Below are positions 19,018-28,215 of a stretch of 32,000 bases of DNA, piece by piece. Location: the NCBI GenBank assembly GCA_030066295.1, contig JASJBX010000056.1, forward strand, positions 1-32,000, written 5' to 3'. The position numbers and the translations under genes are program-made. The notes under the pieces were generated by a model. The model had not been told where the DNA came from. It searched no databases and worked only from the letters and a program-made list of their open reading frames with translations. The stretch's first letter is position 1; the number at the start of each line of letters is the position of its first letter. This stretch comes from Crocosphaera sp. GTDB lineage: Bacteria > Cyanobacteriota > Cyanobacteriia > Cyanobacteriales > Microcystaceae.

Positions 19018-19374
19018 ATGACAAATCAACATTCTAATACACAGGGTAATCGTTCTTTTATCTTAACTGGAATAGGTATTGCTCTCATTGTCGCCGTATT
19101 TGTTTCTCCCTTTGCCAGTTCTGATCCCGACGGTTTAGAACGAGTAGCGCAAGACTTGGAATTTGAAGATAAGGCCATAGAAGATGCGCCGGCTAATCAA
19201 CTGCCCTTCTACAGCGTTTTTGAAGAGTACGCTTTACGGGGGGTTCCTGAGAGTGTGGCTACCCCTCTAGCCGGTTTAGCGGGGACTGTGATCACGTTTG
19301 GTGTGGCCTGGGGTGCTGGTAAATTATTAATTCGTCCTTCTGCACAAGCTAACCATCAACAAGGGGAAGAGTGA
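19018..19374 (+). CDS. PDGLE-domain protein (CbiN/NikN-like accessory component)
   Basis: 118 aa with an N-terminal TM, SSDPDGLERVAQD and a C-terminal TM. Confidence 0.75.
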   Translation: MTNQHSNTQGNRSFILTGIGIALIVAVFVSPFASSDPDGLERVAQDLEFEDKAIEDAPANQLPFYSVFEEYALRGVPESVATPLAGLAGTVITFGVAWGAGKLLIRPSAQANHQQGEE

Positions 19375-19394
19375 TAGGGGAAAATGTAGAATCA

Positions 19395-19432
19395 AGAATT
19401 TAGAATGGTACAGTATTTTCATTCTAAATTCT
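19395..19432. other. 13-bp perfect AT-rich inverted repeat inside the cbi cluster
   Basis: AGAATTTAGAATG (19395-19407) pairs with CATTCTAAATTCT (19420-19432), with a 12-nt loop. Confidence 0.8.
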
Positions 19433-19455
19433 AAATTTTAAATTTTAAATTCTAA
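19421..19455 (+). repeat. Heptad tandem repeat (ATTYTAA) x5 abutting the cbiQ ATG
   Basis: ATTCTAA ATTCTAA ATTTTAA ATTTTAA ATTCTAA is followed immediately by the ATG at 19456. Confidence 0.95.
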
Positions 19456-20232
19456 ATGTTGTTACATATTCATTCTTTCATCAACAAGCGAGAAAAACAA
19501 CCCGATACTTTTTGGTATTCTCTGAATGTTCAAGTCCGACTTTTATGTGCTTTTATTGGCGTTTTTGCTATTGCCCTAACTCCCAATGGACAATGGATAA
19601 CTTGGGTCATTTATGGGGTTGGAGTCTTATTTGTAATCTTGATGAGTCGAGTTTCTTGGCTTACTTTGTTATCGAGAGTTATCATTGAGTTTTCCTTTGT
19701 GGGAGTGGTTTTATTGGGGACATTATTTCGTCCTGAGGGGGATGTAATTTGGTCTTGGTGGATACTACAAATTACCAGCACTGGAGTAATGGTATTAGGC
19801 AGTGTAACCACTAAAGTAATATTGTCGTTATTGATGTTAAATACATTAATCCTTACCACAGAAATTCCTGATTTATTTAAAGCTTTATTAGGCTTAAAGA
19901 TGCCACCTTTATTAGTCGCTATTATGGCTTCTATGTATCGCTATATCGATGTATTAAATCGGGAATTTACTGCAATGAAACGGGCAGCCATTTCTCGTAA
20001 CTTAATGAGCAATAATAAAATGATTCGTCATGTTGTGGGAAATGCCATCGGTTCCTTATTTATTCGCAGTTATGAACGGGGAGAGTTGATTTATCAGGCA
20101 ATGTTATCGCGGGGATACCAAGGTATTCCCACAACTGGGGAAACAGTATCTTATAAAAGTAAAGATATTTTTGCCTTGGTTGTTACAGGTATAATCGTTA
20201 TTTTAGGTCAGATTATTTATTTAAAAGTTTGA
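19456..20232 (+). CDS. cbiQ: ECF transporter transmembrane (T) component CbiQ
   Basis: 258 aa. The signature MYRYIDVLNREFTAMKRAAISRN...FIRSYERGELIYQAMLSRGYQG is typical of CbiQ/EcfT. Confidence 0.85.
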   Translation: MLLHIHSFINKREKQPDTFWYSLNVQVRLLCAFIGVFAIALTPNGQWITWVIYGVGVLFVILMSRVSWLTLLSRVIIEFSFVGVVLLGTLFRPEGDVIWSWWILQITSTGVMVLGSVTTKVILSLLMLNTLILTTEIPDLFKALLGLKMPPLLVAIMASMYRYIDVLNREFTAMKRAAISRNLMSNNKMIRHVVGNAIGSLFIRSYERGELIYQAMLSRGYQGIPTTGETVSYKSKDIFALVVTGIIVILGQIIYLKV

Positions 20233-20993
20233 TGAGTCTAAAAAAAGTATGGCGTTTAATTCCTCCCATTGAAGCATCAGGAAAAGTGCAAATGGCCATT
20301 GATCGCTGGTTATTTGAACAACACGAAAATGGATTAATATTACCTAGTTTACGGTTTTATACTTGGTCAAAACCCACCATCTCTTTAGGTTATTTACAGA
20401 AAAAATATCCTCAACATTGGCACAGTTTAATCTGGAAACAGGAACCCTTAGATTTAGTGATTCGTCCCACAGGAGGCAGAGCAGTTTTACATCAAGATGA
20501 TTTAACTTATATGATAGTTATGTCCTTAGATAATCGTAAAACTTTGGCTATTTATCAAGATATTTGTACCTTTTTAATTCAAGGATGGAAAGCGTTAGGT
20601 ATTTCCTTACAATATGGCACAGCAAAACGGGGATATATCCATAATTCCAGTTGTTTTAATACAGCAACTATGGCAGATTTAATAACAGCAGATGGTAGTA
20701 AATTAATCGGTAGCGCACAACGTCGAGGAAAACAGTCAATTTTGCAACATGGTTCTATGGTTTTGTCAACAGATAAGCAGTTATTTGAAACGATTTTTAA
20801 TCAAGTTGCCCCTTGGAATTTAAACTTAAGGGAACAATTATCTAGTAATTATTCTAGAGGAGATATTATTGAAATTTTAACCCAAGCTGCCAAAAAACAT
20901 TTTAAGATAGAATTAATAACACAACCCTTATCAGAAGAAGAATGGCAAGAGATTTTCAAAGTTAATCAGGGAGAATTTAAAATTAATGTCTAA
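20232..20993 (+). CDS. Biotin/lipoate A/B protein ligase family protein (LplA/LipM-like)
   Basis: Motifs are [41 protein letters not shown] and KLIGSAQRR. The ATG at 20232 overlaps the cbiQ TGA. Confidence 0.8.
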   Translation: MSLKKVWRLIPPIEASGKVQMAIDRWLFEQHENGLILPSLRFYTWSKPTISLGYLQKKYPQHWHSLIWKQEPLDLVIRPTGGRAVLHQDDLTYMIVMSLDNRKTLAIYQDICTFLIQGWKALGISLQYGTAKRGYIHNSSCFNTATMADLITADGSKLIGSAQRRGKQSILQHGSMVLSTDKQLFETIFNQVAPWNLNLREQLSSNYSRGDIIEILTQAAKKHFKIELITQPLSEEEWQEIFKVNQGEFKINV

Positions 20994-21474
20994 TCAATCT
21001 GAGATTAAATTATCTCATCTCAACGAACGAGGAGAAGTAAACATGGTTGATGTTTCTTCTAAAAAGGTGACCCGTCGTCAAGCGGTTGCTAGGGGACAAA
21101 TAAGAATGAAACTAACAACCTTGGAAGCGATAGAAAATGGAAATAACCCCAAAGGGGACGTTTTAGGAACTGCAAAATTAGCCGGTATTATGGCAGCAAA
21201 ACAAACAGCTAACTTAATCCCCTTATGTCATCCCTTACCCTTACATAAAATCGACGTAAATATAACAGGAGATCACAGCTTACCAGGGTATCAAATAGAA
21301 GCAACCGTTATCACCCAAGCAGAGACAGGGGTCGAAATGGAAGCGTTAACCGCCGTCTCCGTCGCTGCTTTAACCCTTTATGATATGGCCAAAGCCATCG
21401 AAAAATCCATGACAATTGAAAGTATACGTCTAATTAGTAAAACGGGTGGAAAATCAGGAGATTATGTGGCTTAA
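20986..21474 (+). CDS. moaC: Cyclic pyranopterin monophosphate synthase MoaC
   Basis: 162 aa with [26 protein letters not shown] and [18 protein letters not shown]. Confidence 0.9.
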   Translation: MSNQSEIKLSHLNERGEVNMVDVSSKKVTRRQAVARGQIRMKLTTLEAIENGNNPKGDVLGTAKLAGIMAAKQTANLIPLCHPLPLHKIDVNITGDHSLPGYQIEATVITQAETGVEMEALTAVSVAALTLYDMAKAIEKSMTIESIRLISKTGGKSGDYVA

Positions 21475-21478
21475 AATC

Positions 21479-21796
21479 TTAACTTTCCCTCATTAAAAGG
21501 GGATCTAATTGATGGTTTCCATCGAGGGAATATAAGTCATCACATCCCCCAATATGTTGATCATTGATAAAAATTTGAGGAACGGATCGTTTTCCAGAGG
21601 AACGTTGTGCCATTTTGTCCCTAGCTGTTTCGTCCCCATCAATTTTATACTCAGTAAAATTGATTCCTTTCCACCATAAAAGTAATTTAGCACGGATACA
21701 AAAGGGACAAGTTTGCCAAGTGTAGATTTCAACATTGGCTTTCATCTTGTCGGGATGACGACCCAGTAAAGAATTAATAAAATCAAACATAGTCAC
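21479..21796 (-). CDS. grxC: Glutaredoxin (Grx3-type, CPFC)
   Basis: Motifs are VEIYTWQTCPFCIRAK and SVPQIFINDQHIGGCDDL. A shorter version starting at MKANVEIY (21745) is at least as likely. Confidence 0.9.
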   Translation of the reverse strand: MTMFDFINSLLGRHPDKMKANVEIYTWQTCPFCIRAKLLLWWKGINFTEYKIDGDETARDKMAQRSSGKRSVPQIFINDQHIGGCDDLYSLDGNHQLDPLLMRES

Positions 21797-21940
21797 TTCT
21801 CATGTTTTTACTTTAACATTATAAAAGATCAGATAGATTGAGAGGTGTCAAAAAGGTCATAATAGAGGGTGATCAGAAATTCACCTCATTTGAAAATTGA
21901 GTGGAGATAGCTTGTGGATCATTGTGGGTTGTCATCGTTG

Positions 21941-22525
21941 ATGAGTGATAGTTCGGAGTTAGAGATAAATACATCCTGTGAGGTTTCTGTTACTATTAGG
22001 GAGGCTCAATTACAGGATGCAAAAGCCTTAAGTGAGGTATTGACCCTTAGTTTTCACCCCGCTAAAGGGTGGTCTTCTTTTTTGCAACCCATTTTAAAAT
22101 TAGGGGTGTACGAAGATTTGCGATCGCGTCTCCGGGGAACCCTTCCTTATTATCGTTGTTTAGTGGCAGTAGAAGTCAATGCAACCCCTAAGCAAACTCA
22201 AGAAAAAGTAATTGGAACCATTGAACTCAGTGTTAAAAGTGGGTTCAATTGCCATTATCTTTATATTAGTAACTTAGCGGTCACGGAAAGTCATCGAAGA
22301 AAAGGAATTGCCAAGCAGTTACTCCAAAAATGTGAAGAAATTGCCGTAAAATGGGGATATCATACCCTGAATCTTCATGTTCTAGATAACAATTATCCTG
22401 CCAAAAAATTGTATTTAAGTAACGGTTATCAAATCTCAGAAACTGAAATCACCTGGACCAATTGGCTTTTTTTTCGTTCTCAACGATTGTTTTTACAAAA
22501 ACAGATCCAAACCCATGTCTCATGA
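21941..22525 (+). CDS. GNAT-family N-acetyltransferase
   Basis: The acetyl-CoA motif is ISNLAVTESHRRKGIAKQLLQKCEEIA. I prefer the ATG at 21941 (MSDSSEL) over the GTG at 21914. Confidence 0.8.
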   Translation: MSDSSELEINTSCEVSVTIREAQLQDAKALSEVLTLSFHPAKGWSSFLQPILKLGVYEDLRSRLRGTLPYYRCLVAVEVNATPKQTQEKVIGTIELSVKSGFNCHYLYISNLAVTESHRRKGIAKQLLQKCEEIAVKWGYHTLNLHVLDNNYPAKKLYLSNGYQISETEITWTNWLFFRSQRLFLQKQIQTHVS

Positions 22526-22997
22526 TGTTGTCAAACCGAAAATGAATTCTCAAAAACAAGAGCAAATCAAGGATATCCTCAACCATTTGCACAATAAAGA
22601 ACTATTGGTGATTAATCCCCGTCGTAAAAATGGGTTGATTCTCTATAAACCCTATCATGCTGAGTTTGCCGGGCCCGGGGCCGCGATCGGGGCAAATTTT
22701 GATCACGATGTTATTGATGTGCTACCGGTGGGTAAATTATCCTTAATGACCCCGAGAATCCCCCAAGAACGAATCAATAGTTATTTAATTCGGCGACAAT
22801 GGGTGAAATTAGCTAAACAGATTAGTGATAATACCATTGCTCAACAAAGGGCCCAAGTGATCCTCAACCAGTTTGAAAATTGGTTTGATCTCGAAACCGC
22901 GAGTCTTTTACCCGATGAAACCTTTGCTTTATTAGTGGGGGTACTACCTCAAACCATGAGAAAAGTCCGCACCCAAAGCGAACTCTTTTCACAATAA
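22515..22997 (+). CDS. Hypothetical protein
   Basis: A 160-aa ORF whose start overlaps the GNAT stop by 11 nt. Composition is like the neighbours. I recognise no family. Confidence 0.55.
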   Translation: MSHDVVKPKMNSQKQEQIKDILNHLHNKELLVINPRRKNGLILYKPYHAEFAGPGAAIGANFDHDVIDVLPVGKLSLMTPRIPQERINSYLIRRQWVKLAKQISDNTIAQQRAQVILNQFENWFDLETASLLPDETFALLVGVLPQTMRKVRTQSELFSQ

Positions 22998-23074
22998 CCT
23001 TTTAAGGAAACTTAAGATTCTCTGTTTAACTTCCTTTCTATCATGGGGTTAGGTGACAATAAGGATGACGTTTG

Positions 23075-23728
23075 ATGGAACTTTTACCCTCAGAAATTCT
23101 GGCAACCAATAAATTTGAGCAATGTGTTCTCAGTCTTGCCCTGATTAATATTTGTAACCAAGAAAGTTATGTGGGGAAAGCCATGAAACAACGTTATAAT
23201 GCTTGGAAATCTGAAACGGATGAAGCCATTAATAATCCTTGGTTAGACTTACATCAGTTCACCATTTATGTGCCTCATCCCGAGCAAACCTACGAAGACA
23301 CGACCCTAGAAGAAGGGTTAACCCTAGGCTATAACATTGAGGTGGAACCCATAATTGATCAGGACAGCATTCCCTACAATATTCCCGAAGGCGGTCATTT
23401 CGTCGCTGTTTTGAAACAAAAGAAGATTAACGGAAAATTTGAGATTGCCGCCACTGGGATCTTCATTCAACCTTTAGCGGTGTTGAGTCTCGATATTGTC
23501 ACCGATCCCGATGAAGGGAAATATCAATCGATGGTGATCAAACATCCCATTATTCGAGATTATCCCCAAAATTTTCTTGAGCAAATTAATCAATATCTCA
23601 ATCGAGAGATTCATTTTAAACAACTCCCTAATGTGGTGGGGTACGTTGATCAAAGCCAAAACGCAGATTATCGTCAACCCTCTTGGCAAGAACTGTATTT
23701 AGAACATCAAGGGGTCAAGTTATTTTAA
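23075..23728 (+). CDS. Hypothetical protein
   Basis: A 217-aa ORF from ATG 23075. I recognise no family and see no TM segments. Confidence 0.55.
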   Translation: MELLPSEILATNKFEQCVLSLALINICNQESYVGKAMKQRYNAWKSETDEAINNPWLDLHQFTIYVPHPEQTYEDTTLEEGLTLGYNIEVEPIIDQDSIPYNIPEGGHFVAVLKQKKINGKFEIAATGIFIQPLAVLSLDIVTDPDEGKYQSMVIKHPIIRDYPQNFLEQINQYLNREIHFKQLPNVVGYVDQSQNADYRQPSWQELYLEHQGVKLF

Positions 23729-25240
23729 TGACAACTGAATAATTTTGTTAACCACTTCTTCAATGGTTAAACCATCCGTATTCAATTCCATCGCATCCTC
23801 GGCCTTCCGTAAAGGGGCTAAGGTTCGATGACTATCTTGATAATCTCGTTGTTCGATGTCCTGTTCTAATTTTTGAATATCGATATTATCTTGTCCTTGC
23901 GACTGAAAATCAATCAATCGTCGTCTAGCCCGTTCCTGCACTGAGGCCGTCAAAAAGATTTTAACCTCTGCATCGGGAAAAACGTTGGTGCCAATGTCTC
24001 GCCCTTCGGCCACAAGTCCCCCTAATTTTCCTAATTCCTGTTGATAAGCGACCAATTTCTGACGAACCGCAGCATAGGCAGCAATAGGAGACACTAACGC
24101 CGTGACTTGGGGGGTGCGAATGGCTTGGGTGACATTTTCCCCATTAATAATGATTTGTGGCGGTTGCTCATCACGAGAGGGGATAAATTCGAGGGTGGCT
24201 TGAGAGACCAATTCCGCGATCGCCGTTTCATCCTCTATGGGGATGCCCGAATCTAACACTAACCAGGCCATACCTCGATACATGGCCCCGGTATCTAAAT
24301 AGGTTAAATTGAGGGCTTGGGCCACTTGACGGGTAACGGTGGATTTTCCGGCACCGGCTGGCCCATCGATAGCAATAATCGGTTTTCTCACTCGTAGCAC
24401 CATATTATCAATCAGTCGAGTGGACCCCACATAAGCAGCAATAGCCAGTAAACCTGTTTCTTCGATGGTATCTAAGGGTTGCAAGGTTTGGGGATGGACA
24501 CATTCAACATATTGGACGGTGATGGCGGAATGGGGGGTTAACTGTTCTTTAACGCGATTAACTAAGACTTGAGCTTGCCTTTCTCCAGCCATGAAAACTT
24601 GTTTGGCCGCTTGTAACCCTTGATATACAGCGATCGCTTCTTTTTTTTCACTTTCGGTTAAATAGCGGTTACGGGAACTACAAGCCAGTCCCGAGGCTTC
24701 TCGAACAATGGGACAGCCTTTAATGACCACCGGCAGGTTTAAATCCTCAAGCAGTTTACGAATAATAGCCAATTGTTGAGCATCTTTTTCCCCAAAATAA
24801 GCCACATCGGGGCTAACAATGTTCAATAATTTCGTGACGATAGTGGCCACCCCTTGAAAATGACCAGGACGAAATGGGCCACAAAGGGTGGTGAGCATCT
24901 GGGGTGGGGGAATAACCTGGGTGATTGCTTCAGACTGAGGGTGAATGCCCATTTCGGTCGGGGTTGGGGCAAAAATAGCCTTGACTCCCAGGGTTGCACA
25001 CAGTTGAGCGTCTGTTTCCAGTTGACGAGGATATTGGGCTAAATCTTCCTGTGGCCCAAATTGTAGGGGGTTCACAAAGATGCTGACCACCACCTCGTCC
25101 ACCTCAGCCATAGCACGACGAATGAGACTGATATGACCTTGATGCAAAGCTCCCATGGTGGGAACCAAGCCGATCATCTGCTTGTCCCTGGCCGAAGCTA
25201 AATAAGTGCGTAACCCGGCCACTGTGGTTAACAGACGCAT
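23720..25240 (-). CDS. panC: Bifunctional pantoate--beta-alanine ligase / (d)CMP kinase
   Basis: The PanC motifs are GLVPTMGALHQGHISLIRRA and FGEKDAQQ. The Cmk P-loop IIAIDGPAGAGKSTV is in the C-terminal half. This fusion is known in cyanobacteria. The start is taken at MRLLTTVAG (25240), 4 nt after the rlpA stop. Confidence 0.9.
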   Translation of the reverse strand: MRLLTTVAGLRTYLASARDKQMIGLVPTMGALHQGHISLIRRAMAEVDEVVVSIFVNPLQFGPQEDLAQYPRQLETDAQLCATLGVKAIFAPTPTEMGIHPQSEAITQVIPPPQMLTTLCGPFRPGHFQGVATIVTKLLNIVSPDVAYFGEKDAQQLAIIRKLLEDLNLPVVIKGCPIVREASGLACSSRNRYLTESEKKEAIAVYQGLQAAKQVFMAGERQAQVLVNRVKEQLTPHSAITVQYVECVHPQTLQPLDTIEETGLLAIAAYVGSTRLIDNMVLRVRKPIIAIDGPAGAGKSTVTRQVAQALNLTYLDTGAMYRGMAWLVLDSGIPIEDETAIAELVSQATLEFIPSRDEQPPQIIINGENVTQAIRTPQVTALVSPIAAYAAVRQKLVAYQQELGKLGGLVAEGRDIGTNVFPDAEVKIFLTASVQERARRRLIDFQSQGQDNIDIQKLEQDIEQRDYQDSHRTLAPLRKAEDAMELNTDGLTIEEVVNKIIQLSLK

Positions 25241-25244
25241 TGGC

Positions 25245-26255
25245 TTAACGTCCCAAAATTTCCAATTGTACTGGGGCCACACCACTGTTCAGGAGACCAA
25301 TCACACTGGCTGCTCCTCTGGATAAGTCTATCACTCGTCCATGGATGTAAGGACCGCGATCATTAATACGAACGATGACCGAACGACCATTATGAAGGTT
25401 CGTCACCCGTACTTGAGTGCCAAAGGGGAGGCTTTTGTGGGCTGCAGTTAAACCATTTTGGTTATAGCGTTCTCCATTAGCGGTTAAACGGCCATGGAAC
25501 CCTGGCCCATACCAGGAGGCCATCCCCTTACGACGACTGGTGACGGGGCGAACACTGGCTAACCCTGACTCGTTATCACGGGTTTGATTGGGGTTCACAA
25601 TAGCAGCTAAAGGAGGGGCTTCTCCCATTATGCGTCGTAAACGGTTGGTCGCTTGTAAAGCGTCAACGGCTTCATTACGAGTGGTGTCCGGTAGAATAAC
25701 CCCTGAATCGAGTTTGATTAATTCTTCAGAATTTAATTTAATACTGTGGGTTTTATCGGAATTTAAAGTAACGGTTAGGTTTTCTGCTTTAAAGGTATTG
25801 TCGTTATGAAGTTCGTTTAGGCGGTTGGCGAAGGCTTTGGCCCGTTTGAGGGCTTCGCTGTCAATTTTACTGGGATCAATGTCATCTCCTTGTTCTTTGA
25901 GGGCTGCTAAATCAGCTTTTGACCCTAAAAAGGTTAATACAGGAATCTGACGAATTCTTAACGTGACTGCCAGTTGATACTGCCATTGATGAAGATAGAG
26001 GCTTGCTATCTGCTTTGGGGCGGTTTCAGTGTTGGCATCTGTTTGGATTGGCCCTAAACTGACAACGGTTTGCATCTGAAAATCGGAACTTTTCTGGGGG
26101 ACAAGCGTCCCAATTCCTAGCATTTCTCCTATTTGTTCTACCTTATCCATCGTGCCAGATGCTTCTGAGTCTTGCAGGGAGACACCGATTAGGGCGGTGG
26201 TTCCTACAGTGGTTAATAAGGCAGTTGTTAGTCCGGTCCAAAATTTCTTATTCAT
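25245..26255 (-). CDS. rlpA: Septal ring lytic transglycosylase RlpA-family protein
   Basis: The C-terminal DPBB domain reads [49 protein letters not shown]. The start is taken at MNKKFWTG (26255), a signal-anchor. The track start at 26318 is a TTG. Confidence 0.85.
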   Translation of the reverse strand: MNKKFWTGLTTALLTTVGTTALIGVSLQDSEASGTMDKVEQIGEMLGIGTLVPQKSSDFQMQTVVSLGPIQTDANTETAPKQIASLYLHQWQYQLAVTLRIRQIPVLTFLGSKADLAALKEQGDDIDPSKIDSEALKRAKAFANRLNELHNDNTFKAENLTVTLNSDKTHSIKLNSEELIKLDSGVILPDTTRNEAVDALQATNRLRRIMGEAPPLAAIVNPNQTRDNESGLASVRPVTSRRKGMASWYGPGFHGRLTANGERYNQNGLTAAHKSLPFGTQVRVTNLHNGRSVIVRINDRGPYIHGRVIDLSRGAASVIGLLNSGVAPVQLEILGR

Positions 26256-26830
26256 AGATCTTGTGTTAAGTGAGTTGTTCAACCCCTCGAAATTCTGTTG
26301 ATTCAATGGATTTTCCAACCTTGACTCCTCACAGAACTGTGTTTTACATTTCTTAAACCTTTACACAGTAACATGATTTTTTCAGGGGGTGTTGTCTTCC
26401 TAATAATCATTCAGAATGGTTTTCATTGAATCTTCTAATCAAGGTTTACAGGAAAAAGCAGATCGACTACGATGGTAAATTTGCCTAAATTCAATCAGAA
26501 ACGATCCGTATAAATGTTGTGATCTAGCTAACACTTAAGCAAGGCTTAAACTCTCAACCTTCCATATTGTCAGACCTTGAACTTTGTAACATCCACAATG
26601 ACATGGGGGAAAAACTTACGTATTTGTACTGAGGAATGAGTGTTATATTTTAAACATTGTTACCCTGAAAAGTCTGATAATTTTAATCTTTTATGGCTAT
26701 CTAGATTAGTATTTCAAATAAGGGATTGACAAAAACTTTTATATTTGGTAAGCAGTAAACGTGCAGTTGAAATTCAACCCTGGATAAGATAAAGTTCGTC
26801 TATAACCAGAACCCCTTTTGGATTTACACC

Positions 26831-27037
26831 ATGTTAGCCATAGTCATCAGTTATTATTGGGTTGTCGCCTTGCTCGTTTTTTTTCTATGGTTTAGGCTAT
26901 TTTGGGCTGATGAAACAACAGCGAAAAGCGATCTGTCTTCTTGGATGGTGTTAATTATTGGTGCCAGTTTGTGGGTTGTGGTATTGCCTTTTGCTAATTT
27001 AGAGTTAGTGATCAAAGCTTATTCGATCCATAATTAA
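26831..27037 (+). CDS. Hypothetical small two-TM membrane protein
   Basis: 68 aa with two clear hydrophobic helices, lying 14 nt upstream of the tocopherol cyclase ORF. I recognise no family. Confidence 0.4.
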   Translation: MLAIVISYYWVVALLVFFLWFRLFWADETTAKSDLSSWMVLIIGASLWVVVLPFANLELVIKAYSIHN

Positions 27038-27051
27038 AAATTGATAGCGAC

Positions 27052-28146
27052 TTGGTTTGTAAGGATGTGTTAAACATAGATAAGTTAAAGCAAACCCCCC
27101 ATTCTGGTTATCATTGGGATAACAGTTCAAGGCGTTTTTTTGAAGGGTGGTATTATCGCGTTACATTACCCCAATGGGGTCAAAGTTTTGCCTTTATGTA
27201 TTCTATTGATGATCCCAGTGGTGGCCAATCTCATAGTGGAGGTGCAGCACAAATATTAGGGCAAAATAAGGATTATTTGTATCGTATTTTCCCTAATGTA
27301 AAAACATTTTGGGCAAGCGATCAAAAGTTGGCTTTATGTCATTGGCAACAAGAACATTTTAATCTCAAATCTCAAATTCTTGAGCCAATTATTTTTGAGG
27401 AAATAGTTAAGGAAGGCTATCAAGCAACGGATAGTTTAAATCAGGGATATATTCAAGATCCAGTGACTAAAAATTATTGTCGTTGGTGTTATGAAATCGA
27501 GTTTATTGATGGTTGGGGTAATCGTTTTTATCCTCAAGAAGCAACGGCAGGATGTTTATCTTTTTTACCTATTTTTGACCCAGGATGGCAAGTGTTAATG
27601 GCTCATGGATGGGCAACGGGTTATATTGATTGGAATGGGAAAAAGTATGAATTTAAGGATGTTCCTGCTTATAATGAAAAGAACTGGGGGCATTCTTTTC
27701 CCACTAAATGGTTTTGGATCAATTGTAATAGTTTTAAGCAAGAATCTGACCTATCTTTAACGGCTGCGGGTGGCATCAGACAAGTTTTAAGTTGGCAGGA
27801 ATCTGTTGGAATTATTGGCTTACATTATCAGGGTAAATTTTATAAATTTGATCGAGATAATAGTCAGTTATCTTGGCAAATTAAACCGTGGGGAAGTTGG
27901 ATAATGAAAGGAAAAAATGATAATTTTGTGATTAAAATTGAAGGAGAAACGGATGAACTTGGTACTTATGTTAGGGTTCCCACGGCTGAGGGTTTACGGT
28001 TTCTTTGTCGGGATACTGTACAAGGACATTTAACCCTAGAATTAAGGGATCATAATGATAAAATCATCGTCAAAGATAGCAGTTGTTTAGGGGGTTTAGA
28101 AATTGGGGGATCTCCTTGGGATAAGGATTGGATTTATGGGAAATAG
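27052..28146 (+). CDS. Tocopherol cyclase
   Basis: TPHSGYHWDNSSRRFFEGWYYRV and NEKNWG are as in the slr1737/VTE1 family. The start codon is uncertain (TTG 27052 or GTG 27067). Confidence 0.85.
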   Translation: MVCKDVLNIDKLKQTPHSGYHWDNSSRRFFEGWYYRVTLPQWGQSFAFMYSIDDPSGGQSHSGGAAQILGQNKDYLYRIFPNVKTFWASDQKLALCHWQQEHFNLKSQILEPIIFEEIVKEGYQATDSLNQGYIQDPVTKNYCRWCYEIEFIDGWGNRFYPQEATAGCLSFLPIFDPGWQVLMAHGWATGYIDWNGKKYEFKDVPAYNEKNWGHSFPTKWFWINCNSFKQESDLSLTAAGGIRQVLSWQESVGIIGLHYQGKFYKFDRDNSQLSWQIKPWGSWIMKGKNDNFVIKIEGETDELGTYVRVPTAEGLRFLCRDTVQGHLTLELRDHNDKIIVKDSSCLGGLEIGGSPWDKDWIYGK

Positions 28147-28215
28147 TATAAATTGTCTCAGAAATTTGCAAAAATATCTATCATAATTATGGTAGATTAA
28201 CAGTGTTTATTGTTT

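Noticed and set aside
26726-26731. Perfect -35 hexamer TTGACA
   Set aside because: There is no acceptable -10 at 16-18 nt spacing (AAGCAG at 17 nt), so it is not called as a promoter.
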